Part shown: one piece after another, positions 49,502 through 60,303 of the stretch
Numbering within the stretch: position 1 is the first letter of the stretch
Layout of the letters: each line of letters opens with the position of its first letter
NCBI GenBank assembly: GCA_012520175.1
Contig: JAAYOU010000039.1
Span: 9,013 to 73,012 of the forward strand
DNA from: Bacteroidales bacterium
Lineage (GTDB): Bacteria; Bacteroidota; Bacteroidia; Bacteroidales; DTU049
Length of the DNA stretch: 64,000 bases
Direction of reading: 5' to 3'
Made by a program: the position numbers and the translations under genes
The notes under the pieces: model-generated
Told to the model about the DNA's origin: nothing
Seen by the model: the letters and a program-made list of their open reading frames with translations, nothing else
The model's database searches: none

Positions 49502-50701
49502 ATGAGAAAAATTAGAGTATTAAGCATATTAAACAGATTCAATTTGGGAGGACCGGTTTATATAGCATCTCAATTAGCTAAATATTTAGAACCGGAGTTT
49601 GAAACTATGCTAATTGGAGGACCTAATGAATTGCAAGAGCATGATTCTCTGCATATACCGTATTCATTAGGAATTAAACCAATCATTATTGATTCTATGA
49701 GAAGGTCAATGGATCCAATCTCGGATAAAACAGCATACTCTGAAGTAAAGAAAATCATCAAAGATTTTAAGCCTGAGATTGTACACACACACGCATCAAA
49801 AGCTGGAGCAATTGGCAGATTAGCTGCTTACAACCTTAAAATTCCAGTAATAGTTCATACTTATCACGGGCATGTTTTTAACGCTTATTTTAACGGATTC
49901 GTAAGCTCAGTTTACAAAATTGTTGAACGAAACCTTGCTAAAAAAACTGATGCAATTATAGCACTAAGCCAACGTCAAAAATATGATTTAGTAAAAAAAT
50001 ATAAGGTTTGCAAAGAAGCTCAAACACATATTATTACAAATGGATTTAACCTTTCTAATTTTCAAAATGGAGTTGAAGAAAAAAGAAAGAAATTCAGGGA
50101 GCATTACCAGCTTGATGAAAATGAGTTTGCGATTGGCATCATAGGCAGAATGGTTCCTGTAAAAAACCATGAAATGTTTGTTAATGTGATTGAAAGAGTT
50201 TCTCAAATATTTGATGGTAAAATTAGGTATTTTATTGTAGGAGATGGCGAAACACTTAAAAAGACTCAAAACCAACTAATTGAAAAAAATATATCTTTTA
50301 CTGAAAATAACGATAAAGCAACCGTTCATTTCACTTCTTGGCAAAAAGACATTACAGAAACAATGTTTGGACTTGACATTGTAGCTCTAACATCATTAAA
50401 CGAAGGTACTCCTGTTTGCTTAATTGAAGCACAAGCTGCTAATTGCCCAATTGTCAGCACAGATGTTGGCGGAATTAGAGATATTGTTATTGACGGCGAA
50501 ACTGCTCTACTATCGCCATCAAATGATGTAGAAGCTATGAGCAACAATATTGTAAATTTAATTACTAATAAAGAGTTATACAAAAAACTCAAAAGCAAAG
50601 GAGCAATTTTTGCAAACGCTCATTTCCAGCATACAGAAATGGTTTCAAAAACCAAAGAACTCTACAGAAAATTATTAACTAAAAAAAACATATCATTTTA
50701 A
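49502..50701 (+). CDS. Glycosyltransferase family 4 (GT-B)
   Basis: N-terminal GG(P/I) glycine-rich start, and C-terminal SLNEGTPVCLIEAQAANCPIVSTDVGGIRD (E-x7-E-like region). Confidence 0.85.
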   Translation: MRKIRVLSILNRFNLGGPVYIASQLAKYLEPEFETMLIGGPNELQEHDSLHIPYSLGIKPIIIDSMRRSMDPISDKTAYSEVKKIIKDFKPEIVHTHASKAGAIGRLAAYNLKIPVIVHTYHGHVFNAYFNGFVSSVYKIVERNLAKKTDAIIALSQRQKYDLVKKYKVCKEAQTHIITNGFNLSNFQNGVEEKRKKFREHYQLDENEFAIGIIGRMVPVKNHEMFVNVIERVSQIFDGKIRYFIVGDGETLKKTQNQLIEKNISFTENNDKATVHFTSWQKDITETMFGLDIVALTSLNEGTPVCLIEAQAANCPIVSTDVGGIRDIVIDGETALLSPSNDVEAMSNNIVNLITNKELYKKLKSKGAIFANAHFQHTEMVSKTKELYRKLLTKKNISF

Positions 50702-50759
50702 CTTACATATCCTATATTTTTGTATAAAATAAATTTACATTAATTAAGTTAATTTTGCA

Positions 50760-50767
50760 TATCTTTG
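50760..50767 (+). promoter_or_regulatory. Candidate -7 promoter element (TATCTTTG) for the export locus
   Basis: TAnnTTTG match 20 nt upstream of the ATG at 50787. Confidence 0.45.
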
Positions 50768-50786
50768 GGAAATTTTTTAGAATATT

Positions 50787-51551
50787 ATGCGACGAAATTT
50801 TTTAATAGTTGTTATTATTTTACTTTCTGCTACTTATATTTCATGTAATAGAACCATGTATCCTTCAGACATGTACAAAGTAAATAATAAAACAAAATTT
50901 TCTCCAAATGAAGAATTATTAAATTCATCACAACCAGTAATTCATAAAGGCGACATACTGTCAATAAGCGTATATTCTAACAAAGGAGAAAACATACTTC
51001 ACCCACTAGGTACAGCCTCCGACCAAATAATTAACCAAAACGAATCATCCGAATTCACTGTAGATGATTCCGGCTACGTTAATTTACCAAAAATTGGAAA
51101 AGTATTTCTTTTAGGAAAAACAATAAAAGAATGTGAACTAATAATCTCTGAATTATATTCAGAAAATGTTGTTGACCCTTACGTTACAGTTTTTGTGAAA
51201 AATAAAAGGGTGTTTTTTCTTACAGGCGGAACAAGTCAATCTGGCGTTACTATAAAATATGAAAATGACAACACCACTCTTGTAGATATAATAACAACTG
51301 CTGGAGGCATTAAAGAAGGGAAAGCATATGCTATAAGATTGCTACGCCAAACTCCTGATGAATTAAAATTTTATAATATAGACCTGTCTGATTTTTCACA
51401 AGCAAAATATTCATATATTCGAATCTTACCAAATGATATTGTATATGTAGAGCCTGTTCACCGCCCATTTAGAAAATTTATTCAAAATGTAGCACCTTAT
51501 TTAACATTAGTATCTACGGGTTTAATAATTTATAATTTAGTAAAAAACTAA
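50787..51551 (+). CDS. Polysaccharide export outer-membrane protein (Wza-like, Poly_export plus SLBB)
   Basis: Lipobox YISC, IHKGDILSISVY (Poly_export), later an SLBB-like segment. It is adjacent to a Wzc-like kinase. Confidence 0.8.
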   Translation: MRRNFLIVVIILLSATYISCNRTMYPSDMYKVNNKTKFSPNEELLNSSQPVIHKGDILSISVYSNKGENILHPLGTASDQIINQNESSEFTVDDSGYVNLPKIGKVFLLGKTIKECELIISELYSENVVDPYVTVFVKNKRVFFLTGGTSQSGVTIKYENDNTTLVDIITTAGGIKEGKAYAIRLLRQTPDELKFYNIDLSDFSQAKYSYIRILPNDIVYVEPVHRPFRKFIQNVAPYLTLVSTGLIIYNLVKN

Positions 51552-51561
51552 GTAAAAAACT

Positions 51562-53961
51562 ATGTCTAAAAATAAAAAAGATAGTTTTATTGAAGAATTT
51601 GATTTTAAATTGTTTTTAAACATTGTTAAAAAAAATATTAAATATATCTTAATATTTTTTGTTTTAGTATTTATTTCCACCTTTATCTATTTAAGATACA
51701 CTCAACCAGTATATGAAGCTAAATGTTTAGTTCAAATAAACAATGATAATAAAGCTGATAAACTTTTTGAAAAAAAATCTTTTTATGACGATGACCTTTA
51801 CAGAAAAATTGAAGTTATGCAATCTCCTGTGTTTATTCATCGCGTATTATCAAAATTACCTGTAGATGTAAGTGTATTTATAAAAGGGAAAGTTTTAAAT
51901 TATGAAATGTATAAAACATATCCTTTTGAAATTCAATACGAACTTTTAGATTCATCAATAAACACCATTTCTATTGAACTTAAGGTAAAAAATGACCACT
52001 TTGTTATAAATAAAGTTCAAGGTGAAGAAGTTAATATTTTATTTAAGTTCCATGAGCCTGTTTCGCTACCTTTAGTAAGATTTATTTTTTCTCCAAAATC
52101 AGAAAGTATTTCAAGTTTTTTTAATTCACACGAAAATGAGGAATATATATTACAATTCAATAACATAGACCAACTTTCATTAGTATATTCAAAAAAAATA
52201 AACATAACTGTTGTAAATGATATTGCAAAAACTATAAGTATAAGTCTAAAAGATAATAATCCTCAAAAAGCTACAGATATAGTAAATCAAGTTTCAAAAG
52301 AATTTTCAGATTTTGAAATAGAATATCAAAAAAACAGCTCTATAAACATTTTGGAATTTATAGAACGTCAATTAAGTGAGGTTGAAAAAAATCTTAATGA
52401 AGCTAGAGATTCTATGAATCTAAACAAAGCTTCGCAAATTGATACATCTATAAATAAAGGCGTTTTGCATACACGAATTTATGAAATTGACAATTTAATT
52501 TCCAAAAATGAAATAGAAATAGAATCTCTTGAACAATTTGACAATTCATTTACATCAAATAAAAACGATATAATAAGCCTTTTGGCCATAATAAATGGGA
52601 CAGAGTCACAAACTTTTTTATCACCATATCTTCAATCTTTAAAAGATTTAGAAATTCGCAAACAAGATTTATTGATGCGAGTTACAGAAAACTCTACTGC
52701 AATTGAAAGCATAAAATCGCAAATAGATTTTCAAAGAAAAATTATTAAAGAAAGCACTCTAGGACTAATAAACAAATACAAAAAAAGTAATTCTCGCCTT
52801 CTTGCTGAAAAAAATAGTATTATACAAAAACTTTCAATACCTACTCCTCTTGAATCTAGCCAACAATCTAACAGAGAAAGATTTTATTCTGTAAATGAAA
52901 AATTTTATAATCAATTAATAGAAAAAAGAATTGAATATAGCATTGCTCAAGCTGGTTTTGTAAGCCAACTCATTGTATTACAACCTGCACAAGTAAATAA
53001 CAAACCTGTTGCACCAAATAAAACAATCATTTGGCTTGGTGTTTTAATATTTTTCTTGTTAACAAGCATTGCTTTTCTAATTATTAGATACATTCTTTAC
53101 GATGAAATAGTTTCATTAAGAGATGTAAAAAAATTAACAAAAATTCCTATTCTTGGAGTTGTGCCAAAATATAAAAGTCATATCCCTGCAAGCCAACTTA
53201 TTGTAGATACTCGCCCACGCTCTCTTTTAGCAGAATCGCTAAGAGCGATAAGAACAAATCTGCAATTTATAAAAAATGTCCCCCATTCAAAAGTTGTATC
53301 TATATCAAGTACTGTATCCGGTGAAGGAAAAACTTTTGTTGCCATAAATCTTGCAGGAGTTTTAGCATTCAATAATAAAAAAGTCATAGTTTTAGATTTT
53401 GACCTTAGAAAACCAAAAATTCATATTGGCTTCAACACTGATAATGACAAAGGTATATCCACAATTCTTTTATCCATTGACGACCCTGACTCATGCATCC
53501 GCCAAAGCAATATTCCAAACTTACATTTTATCACAGCAGGTCCTGTTCCAATAAATCCTTCAGAACTTATTCTTTCTGAAAATACTGACAAATTACTTGA
53601 CTATTTAAAAACAAAATACGACTATATAATTTTAGACACACCACCTATAGGACTTGTTAGCGATGCCATGAAACCTCTACAAAATGCGGATTTCCCTATT
53701 TATGTTGTAAGAGCAAACTATTCAAAACGTTCTTACATCTACAATGTAGATAAATTGTATAATGAAAACAATTTGCGTTATTTAAGTATTATTTTAAATA
53801 ATGTTGACCCAAGCATTACTGGAGCAGGAAAATCTAAAGGTTATACTTATGGATATGGATACGGATATGATAACTCAAAACATGGCTATTACGATTCAGA
53901 AGATGTTGTAAAAACATCCAAAATCAAAAAATTTTTTAATGAAATTTTTAAAAAATCATAA
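51562..53961 (+). CDS. Polysaccharide co-polymerase / tyrosine autokinase (Wzc/GumC-like)
   Basis: Two TM helices flank a long coiled periplasmic domain. The C-terminal kinase has Walker A SGEGKTFVAINLA, Walker A' VLDFDLRKP and Walker B IILDTPP, plus the Tyr-rich tail GYTYGYGYGYDNSKHGYYD. Confidence 0.9.
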   Translation: MSKNKKDSFIEEFDFKLFLNIVKKNIKYILIFFVLVFISTFIYLRYTQPVYEAKCLVQINNDNKADKLFEKKSFYDDDLYRKIEVMQSPVFIHRVLSKLPVDVSVFIKGKVLNYEMYKTYPFEIQYELLDSSINTISIELKVKNDHFVINKVQGEEVNILFKFHEPVSLPLVRFIFSPKSESISSFFNSHENEEYILQFNNIDQLSLVYSKKINITVVNDIAKTISISLKDNNPQKATDIVNQVSKEFSDFEIEYQKNSSINILEFIERQLSEVEKNLNEARDSMNLNKASQIDTSINKGVLHTRIYEIDNLISKNEIEIESLEQFDNSFTSNKNDIISLLAIINGTESQTFLSPYLQSLKDLEIRKQDLLMRVTENSTAIESIKSQIDFQRKIIKESTLGLINKYKKSNSRLLAEKNSIIQKLSIPTPLESSQQSNRERFYSVNEKFYNQLIEKRIEYSIAQAGFVSQLIVLQPAQVNNKPVAPNKTIIWLGVLIFFLLTSIAFLIIRYILYDEIVSLRDVKKLTKIPILGVVPKYKSHIPASQLIVDTRPRSLLAESLRAIRTNLQFIKNVPHSKVVSISSTVSGEGKTFVAINLAGVLAFNNKKVIVLDFDLRKPKIHIGFNTDNDKGISTILLSIDDPDSCIRQSNIPNLHFITAGPVPINPSELILSENTDKLLDYLKTKYDYIILDTPPIGLVSDAMKPLQNADFPIYVVRANYSKRSYIYNVDKLYNENNLRYLSIILNNVDPSITGAGKSKGYTYGYGYGYDNSKHGYYDSEDVVKTSKIKKFFNEIFKKS

Positions 53962-54506
53962 TGGAAATACAAAAATTTAATTGCGAAGGACTTTTATTAA
54001 TCACTCCCGATGTTTTTTCCGACAACAGAGGATATTTTTTAGAAACATTTAATGAAAAAAAATACAAAGAAATTGGCATTCTAAAAGATTTTGTTCAAGA
54101 CAATGAAAGCTTATCTGCTTGTAATGTTGTTAGAGGACTACATTTTCAATGCCCACCTTATTCCCAAGGAAAATTAGTAAGAGTTGTAAATGGAAGCATA
54201 TTAGATATCGCTGTAGATTTAAGAAAAAAATCCGCTACTTACGGAAAATGGGTTGCCGTAAACTTATCTGGAAAAAACAAAAAACAATTTTGGATACCTG
54301 AAGGTTTTGCTCATGGCTTTATAAGCCTTGAAGATAACACAATAGTAAACTACAAATGCACATCTCATTATAATCCTGATTCTGAAAAAACTATATTATG
54401 GAACGACCCAACATTAAACATTGACTGGAAAAATGAGTCTAATAAAATTGTAAGTGAAAAAGATAATAATGGTGTCTTTTTTGCTGATTTTATTTCCCCA
54501 TTTTAA
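53961..54506 (+). CDS. rfbC: dTDP-4-dehydrorhamnose 3,5-epimerase
   Basis: F.DNRGYFLETF...VQDNESLS...VVRGLHFQ...QGKLVRV..G.ILDIAVDLR...GFAHGF is the RmlC cupin signature. Confidence 0.93.
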   Translation: MEIQKFNCEGLLLITPDVFSDNRGYFLETFNEKKYKEIGILKDFVQDNESLSACNVVRGLHFQCPPYSQGKLVRVVNGSILDIAVDLRKKSATYGKWVAVNLSGKNKKQFWIPEGFAHGFISLEDNTIVNYKCTSHYNPDSEKTILWNDPTLNIDWKNESNKIVSEKDNNGVFFADFISPF

Positions 54507-54518
54507 AAACATAGATCA

Positions 54519-55580
54519 ATGTATTGGCTTAAAATTGTTATATTATTTATATCATCTTTCTGTTTTTCTTTAATTATTAATGCTCTTTTCATTAAGTTTT
54601 CTCAAAATCTTGGTATTAGAGAAAAAGGAAATAATGAAATAAGATGGTCTTCATCTCAAAAACCTGCTTTTGGAGGAATAACTTTTTACATATTATTCCT
54701 TATTTCTGTTGCAGTTTTTTCAATTATGGAAGCTTCAGATTTCATTACTTGTAACTTAGAATTATTAGGATTTTTATTAGCCGCCTCTATAGGCTTCGTA
54801 GCAGGACTTTTTGATGATGCATTTAACACTAAACCTTTTATAAAATTTGCATTACAACTACTTTGCGCCACCATTCTAATAATATCAAACTCTTATATAA
54901 AAATCTCAGATAGCAACATTATAAACATCCTGCTTACTTATATTTGGGTTGTAGGCATAATGAATGCTGTTAATCTAATCGACAACATGGATGCCATCGC
55001 ATCTATTGTGGTAATTTTTATCCTATTATGTTTTATTGCAATAATGCTTCTAAATGGCAACGACGATGGCGTTTATGTTTTCATTACAGTAGGTTTAATT
55101 GCAGCTATTTTAGGTTTTTTAGTATTCAATTGGCATCCATCAAAATTATTTATGGGCGATACAGGAAGCATGTTTTTAGGCGCTACTATTGCTTTTCTAG
55201 GCATAAAATATGGCTGGAATATGGACATTGCCGGGCAATCACCTGATGCTTGGATTAGAATTTTGTCTATTGCTATCATTTTCATTACTCCTTTAACAGA
55301 CACTACTACTGTTTTTTTCAAACGTATTTCTTCAGGTAGATCACCATTCATCGGAAGGAAAGACCACACGACACATCATCTTTATTATTTGAACATTAAA
55401 GAACGGCATATTGCCTTAATATTTGCTTTTATTGGTTTAATCTCTGTTATTTCTACATTCAAATTAGTACAATTATATAATAATTGGAATGTGTTTATTA
55501 CATTAGGCTGCCTTTCTTTTGTTATAATTGTTTTTTGTTCACTATTTTATATCGCTAATATAAATAAAGACAAGGAATAA
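54519..55580 (+). CDS. Glycosyltransferase family 4 polyprenyl-phosphate sugar-1-phosphate transferase (WecA/MraY-like)
   Basis: About 10 TM helices with LFDDAFN, NAVNLIDNMDAIA and FMGDTGSMFLG motifs. The central motif deviates from the usual DGxDGL. Confidence 0.75.
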   Translation: MYWLKIVILFISSFCFSLIINALFIKFSQNLGIREKGNNEIRWSSSQKPAFGGITFYILFLISVAVFSIMEASDFITCNLELLGFLLAASIGFVAGLFDDAFNTKPFIKFALQLLCATILIISNSYIKISDSNIINILLTYIWVVGIMNAVNLIDNMDAIASIVVIFILLCFIAIMLLNGNDDGVYVFITVGLIAAILGFLVFNWHPSKLFMGDTGSMFLGATIAFLGIKYGWNMDIAGQSPDAWIRILSIAIIFITPLTDTTTVFFKRISSGRSPFIGRKDHTTHHLYYLNIKERHIALIFAFIGLISVISTFKLVQLYNNWNVFITLGCLSFVIIVFCSLFYIANINKDKE

Positions 55581-55669
55581 TGCATTATAAGCTATAAATA
55601 AAATAATAAATTTATTTTTCAATATTTTAAAAAATCTGACTTTTTTTAGGCTTAAACATTTTATATCAC

Positions 55670-55677
55670 TATTTTTG
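55670..55677 (+). promoter_or_regulatory. Candidate -7 promoter element (TATTTTTG) for the SLT-uvrA operon
   Basis: TAnnTTTG match 30 nt upstream of the ATG at 55707. Confidence 0.4.
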
Positions 55678-55706
55678 TATCCTAAAAATAAAATATTTTT
55701 CTAAAA

Positions 55707-56708
55707 ATGTTTATAAGAAAATGGCTATTAGTATTAATATTTGCGTTACTAGCTTTTGCTATAGCATCTCAATTTTTTATTTTTTCAAAAATCAACACCA
55801 AAACAAGTAACACAGATGAAAAATACTTTAAATTAAGCAAACAAACAATAAAAATTTTTCAGCCATACATCCCTGATACACTTTCTTTTTGCGGCGAGCC
55901 AGTTCCCATTAACAATATATTAATCAGAGAAAGATTAGAACGCGAATTAATTTCAAACATGTACAGACATTCAAGTTCTATTCTAATACTAAAGCGCTCT
56001 GGAAGATATTTTCCAATAATAGAACCTATATTAAAAGAAAATAATGTTCATAACGACATAAAATTTCTTGCTATGTGCGAAAGTGAACTTGCAAATGTTA
56101 CCTCACCAGCAGGAGCTGACGGATTTTGGCAATTTTTGAAAGGCACAGCCATTGAACATAATCTTGAAGTCTCAAGACAAGTAAATGAACGCCGAAATCT
56201 TGAGAAATCAACTGTTGCAGCTTGCAACTACATAAAACATTCATTGAAAAAATTTGGCTCATACACTCTTGCAGCAGCAGCATATAACACTGGAAACTTA
56301 AATTTGCAAAATAAAATTGACGAACAACACACTAACGATTATTATTCTTTGTCATTAAATGAAGAAACCTCTCGATATGTTTTTAGAATTTTAGCGCTGA
56401 AACTTATATACAATTCCCCTCTAACTTATGGTTTTTTTCTACGCAACAAAGATATTTATCAACCCATACCTACAAAAGAATTTATAATAGATAGCTCTAT
56501 TGATGACTTGGCTAAATGGGCAAAAGAAAAAAATTCTTCGTTATTTGAACTCAGATATTTTAACCCTTGGCTAACAACAAACAGCCTCACGGTAATTTAT
56601 CCAAAAACTTATAAAATTTTATTACCTTTAAACACAAATTGGAAAGCTAGCATTGATAAGCTGGAAAATCCTTCTACAATTTTCAATGATTCGATAAAGG
56701 TAGAATGA
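55707..56708 (+). CDS. Lytic transglycosylase (SLT domain) protein
   Basis: N-terminal TM. AMCESELANVTSPAGADGFWQF holds the catalytic Glu-Ser, and AAAYNTG is also present. Confidence 0.85.
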   Translation: MFIRKWLLVLIFALLAFAIASQFFIFSKINTKTSNTDEKYFKLSKQTIKIFQPYIPDTLSFCGEPVPINNILIRERLERELISNMYRHSSSILILKRSGRYFPIIEPILKENNVHNDIKFLAMCESELANVTSPAGADGFWQFLKGTAIEHNLEVSRQVNERRNLEKSTVAACNYIKHSLKKFGSYTLAAAAYNTGNLNLQNKIDEQHTNDYYSLSLNEETSRYVFRILALKLIYNSPLTYGFFLRNKDIYQPIPTKEFIIDSSIDDLAKWAKEKNSSLFELRYFNPWLTTNSLTVIYPKTYKILLPLNTNWKASIDKLENPSTIFNDSIKVE

Positions 56709-59572
56709 AAAAAATGATGGAAAAAGAATTGAAAATTATTGGACAAAAGCAAATGGAGATTATTGGAGCCAGAGAACACAATCTGAAAAATATTTCTATT
56801 GACATACCTCGCAACCAAGTTGTTGTAATTACTGGCTTAAGCGGTAGTGGAAAATCTTCACTTGCTTTCGACACCATTTTTGCAGAAGGACAAAGGCGCT
56901 ACATGGACACATTCTCAGCTTATGCTAGGCAATTTATTGGAGATTTTAAAAGACCTGATGTTGACAAAATCACAGGACTTTCTCCAGTTATTTCCATAGA
57001 CCAAAAAACATCTGGTAATAACCCCCGCTCTACTGTTGGCACCATTACTGAAATATATGATTATTTGCGTTTGCTTTTTGCAAGAGCATCAACTGCATAT
57101 TCTTTAAGCACAGGCAAACCAATGGTAAGCTACACTGATAATAAAATTTTAGATGTAATTCTCAAACGCTTCAACAACCGCAAAATAGAAATACTCGCTC
57201 CTATTGTAAAAGCAAGAAAAGGACATTACAAAGAGCTATTTGAGCAATACAGGAAAAGCGGCTTTTTATTTTTTAGAATTGACGGGAAGAAAACAGAATT
57301 AACTCAAGGATTGCAATTAGACAGATATAAAATTCACGATATTGAAATAATAATTGACAATATTGAAGTAACAGAAAATAATTCCAACCGACTATATAAA
57401 TCAATGCTTTTAGCTCTTAAATACGGCAAAGGCACTATTATGGTAAATGATGTAGAAACAAACAATACTGTTTTTTATAGTCGTAATTTAATGTGTGAAG
57501 ACACTGGCATTTCCTACGAATTACCTGAACCAAACACATTCTCATTCAATAGCCCTTACGGAGCATGTCCTCACTGCAAAGGACTGGGATTTGTTTCTGA
57601 AATTGACATAGATAAAATCATTCCCGATAAAAGAGTTGTTATTCGAAAAGGAGGAATTGCACCGCTTGGCGAATATAAAAACAACTGGATTTTCAAGCAA
57701 GTTGAGCTTATTTGCAAAAAACACGGCAATTCTTTAGATGATGAAGTCGGTGATTTAAGCGATGAAGCCTTAAACGATATTTTGTATGGCTATAATGGCA
57801 TTTTGACTTTTAAAAATGACTATATTGGCGTAACAAGTGAACACAACTTATCTTTTGAAGGAATTATTAATATTATAAAAAACTACCACGAAGACGACAC
57901 TGGACCATACATAAAAAAATGGGCTGATTCATTCATGAATACAATAACTTGCCCAGAATGTAATGGAACGCGTCTTAAAAAAGAATCTCTCCATTTTCGC
58001 ATTGACAATAAAAATATTGCTGAAGTAGCTGAAATGGAAATTGACGCCCTAAACGACTGGGTTAAATCTTTAAATGATAAATTAGGAGCAAAAGAAAAAA
58101 TAATAGCTAGCGATATAATTAAAGAAATTTCGTCTAGAATTAATTTTTTATCAGAAGTAGGGTTAAACTACCTAAGCCTTAGCCGCCCTGCATCATCGTT
58201 GTCTGGTGGCGAGTCGCAACGAATCCGCTTAGCATCACAAATAGGCTCTAAACTTAGAGGCGTTTTATATATTTTAGATGAGCCAAGCATAGGACTTCAC
58301 CAAAGCGATAATTTAAAATTGATAAACAGCATTAAAAAACTACGCGACACAGGAAATTCGCTTATAGTTGTAGAACATGACGAAGACATGATGCGTGCTG
58401 CTGATTATATAATAGATATTGGACCAGGAGCTGGAAGAAAAGGTGGTTTTATCTCTTTTAAAGGTAAACCAAGCGATGTAATCAACTCTGAATCAATCAC
58501 TTGCGAATATCTAAATGGTATTAAAAAAATTCCTATCCCAAAAGAAAGGCGAAAACCAAGAGATAAATACATTGAGCTAATTTCAGCATCAGGAAATAAT
58601 CTTAAAAATGTTAATGTGAAATTTCCGCTTGGATTATTAATATGCGTAACAGGAGTTTCTGGAAGCGGCAAAAGCACTTTAATTAATCAAACTCTATTTC
58701 CTATAATCAGCCAAAAACTTTATAGAAGCAAAACCAATCCCCTGCCCTTTAAGGATATTATTGGCATTGAGCATATTGACAAAATTATAAATATTGACCA
58801 AAGCCCAATTGGGAGAACGCCGAGAAGCAATCCAGCCACATATACAGGATTATTTGACGAAATTCGCAAATTGTTTTCTATTTTACCTGAATCAAAAGCC
58901 AGAGGCTACAAGCCCGGGCGATTTTCTTTCAACGTAGCAGGAGGGCGATGCCCAACATGTAAAGGAGCCGGAATGAAAGTTATAGAAATGAATTTCCTTC
59001 CTCAAGTTTACATAAATTGCGATAGCTGCAACGGAAAAAGATATAACCAAGAAACCCTTGAGGTTAGATTTAAAGGGAAAAATATTGGCGATATTTTAGA
59101 TATGACAATTAATCAAGGAGTTGAGTTTTTTGAAAATCAACCTAAAATTTTATCATATTTAACTGTGTTGCAAAAAGTTGGTTTGGGCTATATAAAACTA
59201 GGGCAACAATCTACAACGCTCTCTGGAGGCGAAGCACAAAGAATAAAATTAGCAACACAACTTATCCGAAGAGATACTGGCAAAACTCTGTATATCCTTG
59301 ATGAGCCAACAACAGGACTTCATTTTGAAGATATAAGACTTTTGCTAGAATTATTAAATATTTTAGTTGCGCGTGGAAACACGATAATTATAATAGAACA
59401 CCAAATGAATGTAATTGCTTATGCTGATTACATTATAGACATGGGACCCGGTGGAGGAAAAAATGGTGGTGAAATTATTGCAACAGGAAGCCCAGAAGAA
59501 ATTTGCAAAATAAAAAACAGTATCACTGGCAAATATTTAAAAAAACACTTAGAAAAAAATAATTTATTATGA
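56705..59572 (+). CDS. uvrA: Excinuclease ABC subunit UvrA
   Basis: IIGAREHNLKNISIDIPRNQVVVITGLSGSGKSSLAFDTIFAEGQRRY, zinc-finger CxxC pairs, second ATPase GVSGSGKSTL, and two LSGGE signatures. The ATG at 56705 overlaps the upstream stop (ATGA). In-frame alternative starts exist up to 56753. Confidence 0.97.
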   Translation: MKKMMEKELKIIGQKQMEIIGAREHNLKNISIDIPRNQVVVITGLSGSGKSSLAFDTIFAEGQRRYMDTFSAYARQFIGDFKRPDVDKITGLSPVISIDQKTSGNNPRSTVGTITEIYDYLRLLFARASTAYSLSTGKPMVSYTDNKILDVILKRFNNRKIEILAPIVKARKGHYKELFEQYRKSGFLFFRIDGKKTELTQGLQLDRYKIHDIEIIIDNIEVTENNSNRLYKSMLLALKYGKGTIMVNDVETNNTVFYSRNLMCEDTGISYELPEPNTFSFNSPYGACPHCKGLGFVSEIDIDKIIPDKRVVIRKGGIAPLGEYKNNWIFKQVELICKKHGNSLDDEVGDLSDEALNDILYGYNGILTFKNDYIGVTSEHNLSFEGIINIIKNYHEDDTGPYIKKWADSFMNTITCPECNGTRLKKESLHFRIDNKNIAEVAEMEIDALNDWVKSLNDKLGAKEKIIASDIIKEISSRINFLSEVGLNYLSLSRPASSLSGGESQRIRLASQIGSKLRGVLYILDEPSIGLHQSDNLKLINSIKKLRDTGNSLIVVEHDEDMMRAADYIIDIGPGAGRKGGFISFKGKPSDVINSESITCEYLNGIKKIPIPKERRKPRDKYIELISASGNNLKNVNVKFPLGLLICVTGVSGSGKSTLINQTLFPIISQKLYRSKTNPLPFKDIIGIEHIDKIINIDQSPIGRTPRSNPATYTGLFDEIRKLFSILPESKARGYKPGRFSFNVAGGRCPTCKGAGMKVIEMNFLPQVYINCDSCNGKRYNQETLEVRFKGKNIGDILDMTINQGVEFFENQPKILSYLTVLQKVGLGYIKLGQQSTTLSGGEAQRIKLATQLIRRDTGKTLYILDEPTTGLHFEDIRLLLELLNILVARGNTIIIIEHQMNVIAYADYIIDMGPGGGKNGGEIIATGSPEEICKIKNSITGKYLKKHLEKNNLL

Positions 59573-60303
59573 TGAACGACGAAAACATTACCAAAAACCT
59601 TAGCGAAGATGAGAAAATTCGTAGAGCACTAGAACCAAAAACTTGGCATGAAATTAAAACGCACGACTCTTGGCAGATTTTTAAAATACTGTCTGAATTT
59701 GTGGAAGGCTTTGAAACAATGGGAGCAATTGGACCTTGCGTTTCTATTTTCGGTTCAGCAAGGACTAAACCTGACGATCCATACTACAAAATGGCTGTAG
59801 ATATAGCTTATTATCTTTGCAAAGCTGGATATGGAGTTATAACCGGTGGTGGACCAGGCATTATGGAAGCTGGAAACCTTGGAGCAAAAAAAGCAGGTGG
59901 TAAATCTGTAGGACTTAAAATAGAACTGCCTTTTGAGCAAGAAGCTAATGAATACATTGATCCTGACAAACTAATTAATTTTAAATATTTCTTTGTTAGA
60001 AAAGTAATGTTCACTAAATATAGTCAAGGATTTATAGTATTGCCCGGTGGCTTTGGAACTCTAGATGAACTTTTTGAAGCTGTAACACTTATTCAAACTA
60101 AAAAAATTGCGCATTTCCCTATTATTTTGGTTGGAAAAGAATATTGGGAAGGTCTAGGAAATTGGATTGTTAATACACTGGTTAAAGCTGGAAATATTTC
60201 AGAAAAAGACCTTGATTTATTTTGGTATGCAGAAACTCCTAAAGAAGCTGTTGCTTTAATTGAAGAATATTATAAACAATATAATCTTACACCTAACTTC
60301 TAA
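59569..60303 (+). CDS. LOG family / TIGR00730 Rossmann-fold nucleotide-binding protein
   Basis: GGGPGIMEA and PGGFGTLDEL motifs. The start overlaps the uvrA stop (ATGA). Confidence 0.88.
   Translation: MMNDENITKNLSEDEKIRRALEPKTWHEIKTHDSWQIFKILSEFVEGFETMGAIGPCVSIFGSARTKPDDPYYKMAVDIAYYLCKAGYGVITGGGPGIMEAGNLGAKKAGGKSVGLKIELPFEQEANEYIDPDKLINFKYFFVRKVMFTKYSQGFIVLPGGFGTLDELFEAVTLIQTKKIAHFPIILVGKEYWEGLGNWIVNTLVKAGNISEKDLDLFWYAETPKEAVALIEEYYKQYNLTPNF

Noticed and set aside
49502-55580. Polysaccharide locus as a novel system
   Set aside because: Its components (GT4, Wza-like, Wzc-like with Tyr-rich tail, RfbC, WecA-like) form an ordinary Wzy-type capsule/EPS export module. Nothing unusual was seen beyond the variant DNMDAIA motif in the WecA-like protein.
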